Below are positions 58,150 through 64,000 of a stretch of DNA of 64,000 nucleotides, in pieces. The notes under the pieces were generated by a model, which had not been told where the DNA came from, ran no database searches, and saw only the letters and a list, made by a program, of their open reading frames with translations. How positions within the stretch are numbered: position 1 is the first letter of the stretch; each line of letters begins with the position of its first letter. The stretch comes from Candidatus Wolfebacteria bacterium (GTDB taxonomy: Bacteria; Patescibacteriota; Minisyncoccia; Phycocordibacterales; EsbW-18). Made by a program: the position numbers and the translations under genes. Where the stretch lies: positions 9,354 through 73,353 of the forward strand of contig JAKEFG010000015.1 in NCBI GenBank assembly GCA_022616195.1. Direction: 5' to 3'.

Positions 58150-58689
58150 ATGGCGTTTTCAGATCCACAGCGAAATATTGAACAACTCGGACTTTCGGAG
58201 GGTATGCGGGTGGCTGATTTTGGTGCGGGGTCGGGATTCTACACAGTTGCTGCGTCGGGGAAGGTCGGAATGGACGGACGAGTGTATGCAATTGATATTC
58301 AATCCGGGCTTCTCGGCCGCATACAGGACACTGTACACGGCGTACAAACGAGTAACATTGAGGTATTACAGGGGGATCTTGAGCACGAGGGCGGATCAAA
58401 ACTCAGGGACGGGACCGCTGATGTGGTGCTTGCTGCCAACATACTCTTCCAGGTGACTCGCAAGGAAGTCTTTCTTAAAGAAGCGTGGCGTGTTCTGAAA
58501 TCAGGCGGTCGGCTCCTACTGGTTGATTGGAGGGGTGCGTTTGGTGGTGTTGGTCCGCGTCAACGCGATGTGGTGGCAGAAACAGCCGCTGAGCAACTGC
58601 TCAGGAATGCTGGATTTAGTATAGAAAGACGTATTCAAGCGGGGGAACACCATTATGGGATAGTCGCGCGCAGGCCAAAAGGTGCATAA
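58150..58689 (+). CDS. class I SAM-dependent methyltransferase
   Basis: VADFGAGSGFY (motif I), acidic motif II, LKSGGRLLLVDW. Confidence 0.85.
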   Translation: MAFSDPQRNIEQLGLSEGMRVADFGAGSGFYTVAASGKVGMDGRVYAIDIQSGLLGRIQDTVHGVQTSNIEVLQGDLEHEGGSKLRDGTADVVLAANILFQVTRKEVFLKEAWRVLKSGGRLLLVDWRGAFGGVGPRQRDVVAETAAEQLLRNAGFSIERRIQAGEHHYGIVARRPKGA

Positions 58690-58702
58690 TGCATAATGAG
58701 AT

Positions 58703-59986
58703 ATGAATTTTAAAGCTATTATATTGGGATTGTTTGTCTTTTTTCTCATTGCAGGTGCTATTGCATTTGCAACGTTTCGTGGCGGGCGTGGCGACGCGAC
58801 ACCCATCAGTCCAGTGATGCTTTGGGGTACGCTCTCAGCACGTGAAGTGAATGCTCTCATTCAGCACATACAGATTGAATTGGACACGGACTTTCCCGTG
58901 GTGTATCGCGAGATATCCCCGGATAATTTTGATCGTGAACTCGTTGAGGCGCTCGCCTCCGGGCGCGGCCCCGACATGATTTTTCTTCCACAAGATCTTA
59001 TCATGCGACATCGCGATAAACTCTACGCTATTCCATTTGAATCGTTTTCCGAGCGCGACTTTCTGGACAGGTTCATAGAGGAAGGGGAGCTCTATCTCTC
59101 ATCTTCAGGGAGCTTGGCGTTGCCCTTCGCTGTTGACCCTCTCGTGCTCTATTGGAATCGGACGTTGTTTGCAAACGCGGGTATTGCGGAGCCGCCGCGT
59201 TTCTGGGACGAAATGCTGGTTCTTGTAAGTCGACTTACTGAGCGCGATGAGCGTGGTAATATTACGCGGAGTGCGATTGCACTTGGGGAGTTCGGGAATG
59301 TTACGCATGCAAAAGAGATTATCTCTGCACTCATCATGCAATCCGGGAATCCGATTGTCTCTGGTACGAGTGATGCACCAAACGTTGTTCTCACTGAGCG
59401 TCTCTTGGCTCCGGAGCCGCCGACTGCGGCGGCGCTCCGCTTCTACACAGAATTTGCGAATCCGGTGAAGCCGACGTACTCGTGGAATCGCTCGCTCCCG
59501 CCGTCACAATCGGCGTTCCTCGCCGGGGATACGGCACTCTACATCGGGTTTGCGAGCGAATTGTTTGAGTTGCGTGAGAAAAACCCCAATCTGAACTTTG
59601 ACGTTGCTGCCCTGCCGCAGATTCGTGGTGCTACGGCAGAGAAAACCTTCGGTGCGATGCACGGCGCCGCGATTCTCAAGAGCTCCCCGAACACCACGAG
59701 TGGCTTTCAAGTCTTGAGCATTCTCACTGGCCAAGACGTGCTCAAGGCATGGGAGGGTGAAACGGGACTCCCGCCGGTACGGCGGGATCTTCTCTCGGTG
59801 CCGCAGACAGACGCGTTTCGCTCGGTTTTCTACAACTCGGCGCTCACTGCGGACGCATTTCTTGACCCCAGTCCTTCCGCGACGGGCATCATTTTCCGTG
59901 ATATGGTGGAGAATATAACGTCGGGTAGGGCAGACGTGAGTAATGTGGTGCAAGATGCGTCGGCCCGCCTTGAACAGCTGTTTTAA
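58703..59986 (+). CDS. membrane-anchored extracellular solute-binding-protein-like (SBP family 1) protein
   Basis: VLYWNRTLFANAGIAEPPRFWDEM resembles the MalE-type LYYNKDLF..PPKTWDEL signature; no permease or ATPase genes adjacent. Confidence 0.6.
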   Translation: MNFKAIILGLFVFFLIAGAIAFATFRGGRGDATPISPVMLWGTLSAREVNALIQHIQIELDTDFPVVYREISPDNFDRELVEALASGRGPDMIFLPQDLIMRHRDKLYAIPFESFSERDFLDRFIEEGELYLSSSGSLALPFAVDPLVLYWNRTLFANAGIAEPPRFWDEMLVLVSRLTERDERGNITRSAIALGEFGNVTHAKEIISALIMQSGNPIVSGTSDAPNVVLTERLLAPEPPTAAALRFYTEFANPVKPTYSWNRSLPPSQSAFLAGDTALYIGFASELFELREKNPNLNFDVAALPQIRGATAEKTFGAMHGAAILKSSPNTTSGFQVLSILTGQDVLKAWEGETGLPPVRRDLLSVPQTDAFRSVFYNSALTADAFLDPSPSATGIIFRDMVENITSGRADVSNVVQDASARLEQLF

Positions 59987-59991
59987 CGACT

Positions 59992-60447
59992 ATGTATTCT
60001 CTCCGGCGGAGCGCAGGTTCCACAATTATCACCGGCTTGATGCTCGTGACCTTGGTAGGGCTTTTTGCCGGTCCGGTTGTATATGCACAGGATGAAGACC
60101 CGAGCCGATTTTTTGGTTTGGTGCCTTGTACCGGCGTTGCTCCTGACCCAGACCGGGTTGGGCCGCCCGCACCGAACGAACACCCATGCACCTTTACCGA
60201 TCTGGTAGCGGCAGCACAAAAGGTTATTGACTGGCTACTCTATGCCGCGGTCTTTTTTGCGGCTACTCTCTTCAGCTGGGCGGGCTTTCTCTATGTAACG
60301 TCGGCAGGGGAAACGGGGAAGGTGAGTCGGGCGCACGGCATATTCAAAAATGTCCTCATTGGGTTTATTATAGCGTTAGCGGCATGGCTCATCGTGCACA
60401 CCATTACCACGGCGCTTCTTAGGGATCAGTCGCTTCCGCTATTGTAA
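59992..60447 (+). CDS. pilin-like small membrane protein, paralog 1 (signal peptide + two hydrophobic helices)
   Basis: MYSLRRSAGSTIITGLMLVTLVGLFAGPVVYAQDE; C-terminal LLYAAVFFAATLFSWAGFLYVTSAGETGKVSRAHGIFKNVLIGFIIALAAWLI. Confidence 0.7.
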   Translation: MYSLRRSAGSTIITGLMLVTLVGLFAGPVVYAQDEDPSRFFGLVPCTGVAPDPDRVGPPAPNEHPCTFTDLVAAAQKVIDWLLYAAVFFAATLFSWAGFLYVTSAGETGKVSRAHGIFKNVLIGFIIALAAWLIVHTITTALLRDQSLPLL

Positions 60448-60453
60448 ACATAC

Positions 60454-60870
60454 ATGACAGAGAATTGTAGAAAACTTTTTTGGGCACTTGTGCTTTTTGT
60501 TATTGCTTGGACGCCTCGTCTTGTGTCTGCTCAACGGGGAGGGGGAGGAAATACTCCTCCTCCGCCCGGGGGCGGGGGGAACGCGCCTCCTCCGCCGGCT
60601 CCTACTGCCGTCAAGCTCACGAACCCGCTCAAAGCAGAGAGCCTCGCTGGCTTTATAGAACAGGTGCTCATTATTGTCCGCGACATCGGCTTCCTGGTGG
60701 CGGTGTTCTTTATTGTCTATGCCGGATTTCTCTTTGTGACGGCGCGCGGTGACGAGACGCAGCTCACCAAGGCAAAGGGCGCGTTTCTCTGGGCGGTTGT
60801 TGGTACAGCCGTGCTTCTTGGTGCCTGGATATTTGCGAAAGCAATCCAAGGCACCGTTAACGCATTGTAG
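60454..60870 (+). CDS. pilin-like small membrane protein, paralog 2 (contains a GGGGN-PPPP tandem repeat)
   Basis: signal peptide ..LVSAQRG; FLVAVFFIVYAGFLFVTARGDETQLTKAKGAFLWAVVGTAVLLGAWIF. Confidence 0.7.
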   Translation: MTENCRKLFWALVLFVIAWTPRLVSAQRGGGGNTPPPPGGGGNAPPPPAPTAVKLTNPLKAESLAGFIEQVLIIVRDIGFLVAVFFIVYAGFLFVTARGDETQLTKAKGAFLWAVVGTAVLLGAWIFAKAIQGTVNAL

Positions 60871-60883
60871 GGTATACTGTTCT

Positions 60884-61249
60884 ATGAGAACGATGAGAAA
60901 GGTTACAGAGAAGATACTGCAGCTCACTGTACTTGGTTTTGGTGCCATGCCTCTTGTGGTGTCGGCAGAGACATTAGAGAGTCTCATCAGAACAAAACTT
61001 CTGATTTTGGTGAACCCCATTATCCTGGTGGTGAGCGGACTAGCACTAGTTTTCTTTTTCTGGGGGATTGCAAAGTTGATACTTTCCGCCGGTGATGAAA
61101 AGGGGCGCGAGGAGGGTAAGAAGGTGATGCTCTGGGGCATCATCGCTCTTTTCGTTCTGTTTTCTGTCTGGGGTATAGTACAGTTGTTACAACGAAGTCT
61201 GTTTGATGGAGTATTGCCCCCACCTGCGCCGTTCTCATCGGACTCATGA
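60884..61249 (+). CDS. pilin-like small membrane protein, paralog 3
   Basis: signal peptide ..AMPLVVSAE; LALVFFFWGIAKLILSAGDEKGREEGKKVMLWGIIALFVLFSVWGIV; ATG 5 nt after TATACT. Confidence 0.7.
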   Translation: MRTMRKVTEKILQLTVLGFGAMPLVVSAETLESLIRTKLLILVNPIILVVSGLALVFFFWGIAKLILSAGDEKGREEGKKVMLWGIIALFVLFSVWGIVQLLQRSLFDGVLPPPAPFSSDS

Positions 61250-61324
61250 GTTATTTTATATCTCCAGTATTTTGTTTCGATGATGTTGGTTGATTACTAT
61301 AATAATAAGCGATATGTTACGTGT

Positions 61325-61738
61325 ATGGCATCTCACTATAAAAGCGGAGTAGCAATAGTCAGCGCACTCGTGTTATTCGCGGTCATGGTGCCGCGGGTTG
61401 TTTTTGGGCAAACCATAACAGGGATACTTGATACAGCGGGTGGTATTGTCGGTCGGCTGATACCGATAGTCGCCGGGGTTGCTCTACTCGTTTTCTTTTG
61501 GGGACTTGTCAGGTTTATTGCGAGCGCGGGAAGCGAAGACGGGCGAAAGGCGGGAAAACAAATAATGCTCTGGGGCATCATCGCGCTCTTTGTCATGATA
61601 GCGATTTGGGGCATCGTTGCATTTATAAGGGTCTCTCTTGGTGTCAATCAGGAGGATAATCCGAACGCTCCCTGCCTCAGAGGTCTTCCTGGGTGTCCTA
61701 GTTCTGGGGGTTCCAGTGGCGGCACTCAGTCAGTGTAA
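61325..61738 (+). CDS. pilin-like small membrane protein, paralog 4
   Basis: VALLVFFWGLVRFIASAGSEDGRKAGKQIMLWGIIALFVMIAIWGIV; Gly/Ser-rich tail. Confidence 0.7.
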   Translation: MASHYKSGVAIVSALVLFAVMVPRVVFGQTITGILDTAGGIVGRLIPIVAGVALLVFFWGLVRFIASAGSEDGRKAGKQIMLWGIIALFVMIAIWGIVAFIRVSLGVNQEDNPNAPCLRGLPGCPSSGGSSGGTQSV

Positions 61739-61882
61739 AGGAAGAGTTCAGTGGATTCCGACTAATCCACAGCATCTTGATAGTATTGTATGATCCTGTG
61801 CTATCCTTAAACGTGTAGTCGGCACGCCGCATCGCTGGCGTCATTAATCAAAATAGTAGTAAGTTTCTATAATATAAATAGT

Positions 61883-62242
61883 ATGAAAACGTTTCAGAAA
61901 GTTCTTATTCTCACGGGCGCGGCGCTTCTGCCGGTCGCAACGGTGCATGCCCAACTCGGGAACATTGAAGATATCGTTGATGGTATTGGTCGGATTGTCA
62001 GCCTTTTGACACCGATTGTCGTCGGTATCGCGCTTCTCGCGTTCTTTTGGGGTCTTGCGAAGTTCATCTTCAGCGCTGGTGATGAAGAGGCGCGCAAGGC
62101 GGGCAAACAAATCATGATTTATGGTATTATCGCTCTCTTTATCATGATTTCCATCTGGGGCATCGTCCGCTTCATCGGTGACGCGTTGGATATTGATCCT
62201 GAAAGAAACCCCGGGGCAGTTCCCGGCGTTCCCATTCCCTAG
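61883..62242 (+). CDS. pilin-like small membrane protein, paralog 5
   Basis: signal peptide ..LPVATVHAQ; IALLAFFWGLAKFIFSAGDEEARKAGKQIMIYGIIALFIMISIWGIV; ATG 9 nt after consensus TATAAT. Confidence 0.7.
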   Translation: MKTFQKVLILTGAALLPVATVHAQLGNIEDIVDGIGRIVSLLTPIVVGIALLAFFWGLAKFIFSAGDEEARKAGKQIMIYGIIALFIMISIWGIVRFIGDALDIDPERNPGAVPGVPIP

Positions 62243-62306
62243 TTTTCGTCCTACACTACACCTTTCGAGCCGACACGGGTAGGTGTTGGTTTGTACCACA
62301 ACTTCC

Positions 62307-62603
62307 ATGCCCACCACCTCTATTGAAGTATTGGTCCCGAAGGTGTACGACACGATAGTCGTGCCGATATTCTGGGTGCTCTTTAGTGTCGCCTTCATTG
62401 TCTTTTTCTGGGGCGTGGTTGAATTTATTCGGGATGCGGGGAGCGAAGATGGTAGGAAGAAAGGACGCCAACACATGCTCTGGGGCATCATCGGGATTCT
62501 CATAATGTCCTCGGTATTCGGTATCACTAGGGTACTGATTGATACCGTCGGCTTGAGCGGCGACAAAGGAGGCGTTACGGGTCCGCCCGTGCTTCAGCCG
62601 TAG
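62307..62603 (+). CDS. pilin-like small membrane protein, paralog 6 (no obvious signal peptide)
   Basis: VAFIVFFWGVVEFIRDAGSEDGRKKGRQHMLWGIIGILIMSSVFGIT; ORF-track start 62283 is GTG. Confidence 0.65.
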   Translation: MPTTSIEVLVPKVYDTIVVPIFWVLFSVAFIVFFWGVVEFIRDAGSEDGRKKGRQHMLWGIIGILIMSSVFGITRVLIDTVGLSGDKGGVTGPPVLQP

Positions 62604-62615
62604 TAAAAAACCTTA

Positions 62616-62642
62616 GCCGCCCCCGCGCTTCGCGGGGGTGGC
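62616..62642 (-). terminator. GC-rich hairpin (gccgcccccgcg-ctt-cgcgggggtggc) with T-tract on the minus strand; terminates the convergent minus-strand gene
   Basis: 12-bp stem; minus strand reads ..AAGGTTTTTTACTAC after it. Confidence 0.55.
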
Positions 62643-62728
62643 CTTGTGTACAAAAGAAAAGACGAGGCCGTGTGCACGAGTTTAAGCCGTGCGCGTGCCT
62701 CATCCGTGCCCGCTGGAGCGGGTGTCAG

Positions 62729-64000
62729 CTAGGAATCCCAGGCGGAGTAAACCTCCACCATTGACGTCGGTGAGACGCCGACGAACTGCAGGGTCTCCAG
62801 GTACTCCTCGGGACCGAGCACCTTTGCCTCGCGAAGGTTGATGTGCTCGTCCTGTGGCGAACATTCTCCGAGTACCCGTCCGTTGACGAACACGACAATC
62901 GTCCCCGAAAGCACGTGCCATCCGAAATCGGTTCCGCCAACCGCCGAGTAGAGCGGTGACATCTCGTCCGTCTTAAGCAACTTCACCTCGGTCGGCTTGG
63001 TCGCTGTGAGGACGGTGAATTGAGATGCGGGACCCCGACTCCCTTCGCTCAGCGCCGCCTGTGTTGCGGCTGGCGGAGGCTCTGCCTCACGCTCGGCCAC
63101 CCACTCCCACGCGGGCACGAGATACTCGTCGTATACCCAGCGAGCGGTAGGTGTGAGAGCGACCGCGGTGATGACCGCAACGACTCCCACCGCCAAGGTG
63201 CGCTTCCACCCCGCGAGGGTGGTAACGACGACGAGCGCGAGCGCGAGCGCCACGAGGTACTCCGGGTGCTCCACGAACGGCACCAGGAGGAGTACCAAGA
63301 CGGCGAACGCGAGTTGTCCGACGCGCCGCTTGATGAGTGCCTTCCGCGCTTGCCAACTCCTCTCATCTTCCTTTTCCTGGAGGAGTTCAGCGACTTCCTC
63401 CATGAGCCGGTTGATGGGGAAGGCAAGAGCGTAGACGAGTGTCAGCAGTCCTGCGGTGATGGCGAAGAACGCGAGTGCGACCCATCGGTACTGCTCCAAT
63501 CCGAGGAAGATGGTAGAACCCGCGAAAGCTACCGCGAGTACCACGGGCACGGCGAGGAGCACTAGGTACTGCACGCCGAGGCGCTTCGCCTGTTTCCAGG
63601 CGTTGCTTTCGTATACCCTTCTCCAACCGTCGGCGATTGCGCTCGCGGAGCGAGCGAGCACCCCCGAGCGGTCAAGCATGTCGAGGTAGAGCCGAATCGT
63701 CTCGTCACCCTCGTTCTCGAACGAGTTCCAGAAGGCGATGAAGTTCTCCTCCGCCCTGCGTCCGGGGACGATGACATCCTTGACCGGAGTCTCGGATATC
63801 TTCCTACCCTTTTTGCGCGCCCTGCCGGCGCGCCCGCGGGGCTCCTCGTTGTCCCACTCCTCGATGACTTTCGAGAGGGCGGGGACGCCGCCGATCTCGT
63901 TGCGGCAGGCGGCGAGGGTGTTCCCGAGTATTCGTTCGAACCGAGCCCGGTCCCAGCCGTCCATCGCGGCGTAGATCTGCTCCACCTTGCGGCGTGCGGC
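62729..64000 (-). CDS. hypothetical polytopic membrane protein, 5' end beyond window; G+C-rich
   Basis: frame open to the window edge; several TM helices (VQYLVLLAVPVVLAVAFAG, LAFAVLVLLLVPFV, VVAVITAVALTP); no known motif. Confidence 0.6.
   Translation of the reverse strand, partial: AARRKVEQIYAAMDGWDRARFERILGNTLAACRNEIGGVPALSKVIEEWDNEEPRGRAGRARKKGRKISETPVKDVIVPGRRAEENFIAFWNSFENEGDETIRLYLDMLDRSGVLARSASAIADGWRRVYESNAWKQAKRLGVQYLVLLAVPVVLAVAFAGSTIFLGLEQYRWVALAFFAITAGLLTLVYALAFPINRLMEEVAELLQEKEDERSWQARKALIKRRVGQLAFAVLVLLLVPFVEHPEYLVALALALVVVTTLAGWKRTLAVGVVAVITAVALTPTARWVYDEYLVPAWEWVAEREAEPPPAATQAALSEGSRGPASQFTVLTATKPTEVKLLKTDEMSPLYSAVGGTDFGWHVLSGTIVVFVNGRVLGECSPQDEHINLREAKVLGPEEYLETLQFVGVSPTSMVEVYSAWDS

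Overview
This 64-kb window looks like a small-genome, roughly 45-50% G+C bacterium of the CPR/Patescibacteria type; that placement is an inference from gene content, not a measurement. About two thirds is core information-processing machinery. One strand carries leuS, mltG, an unlinked 23S-5S rRNA locus, rodA/ftsW, rpsP, a KH protein and trmD, followed by a contiguous rpoB-rpoC-dnaG-rpoD block. The other strand carries rnr and def-fmt. Later come mnmA, hpf, cyclophilin, a DEAD-box helicase and gyrA. No 16S rRNA is present.

The most unusual features:
- The 23S rRNA gene carries three insertions. One is an IVS-like helix extension closed by a 25-bp stem and encoding an SD-equipped 91-aa ORF. 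One is an ORF-less group-I-like intron exactly at the L2593 (I-CreI) site, containing a duplicated 48-bp double-hairpin element. One is an 828-nt intron inside the sarcin-ricin loop, after U2656, encoding an I-CreI-like single-motif LAGLIDADG homing endonuclease.
- A tandem array of six divergent paralogous small genes (59992-62603) encodes signal-peptide plus two-helix proteins with a shared FFWG..FI.SAG.E.GRKAGKQIM.WGIIAL core, resembling VirB2/TrbC-type pilins.
- A high-G+C island (about 31.6-36 kb) holds an ECF sigma factor, a DUF5667-like anti-sigma protein, and a convergent FecR-domain protein plus CHASE2 class-III nucleotide cyclase operon.
- A relic of the GMP synthase C-terminal domain (guaA) survives with its own promoter and SD.
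- There are two PD-(D/E)XK nucleases, one of them Cas4-like with four cysteines and sitting next to an MGMT-like protein and a P-loop kinase.
- An ATP-cone::Mrr-like nuclease fusion is present.
- A tRNA-Asn is followed by about 420 bp of non-coding DNA and accessory genes.

Many core genes sit 4-14 nt downstream of an extended -10 element (consensus about TGcTATACT) with no Shine-Dalgarno, implying leaderless or near-leaderless mRNAs. The G+C-rich accessory genes instead carry strong GGAGG sites.

Hand-derived coordinates of non-CDS features may be off by +/-2 nt. The ORF track sometimes starts ORFs at TTG/GTG; where an in-frame ATG was obvious I used it.
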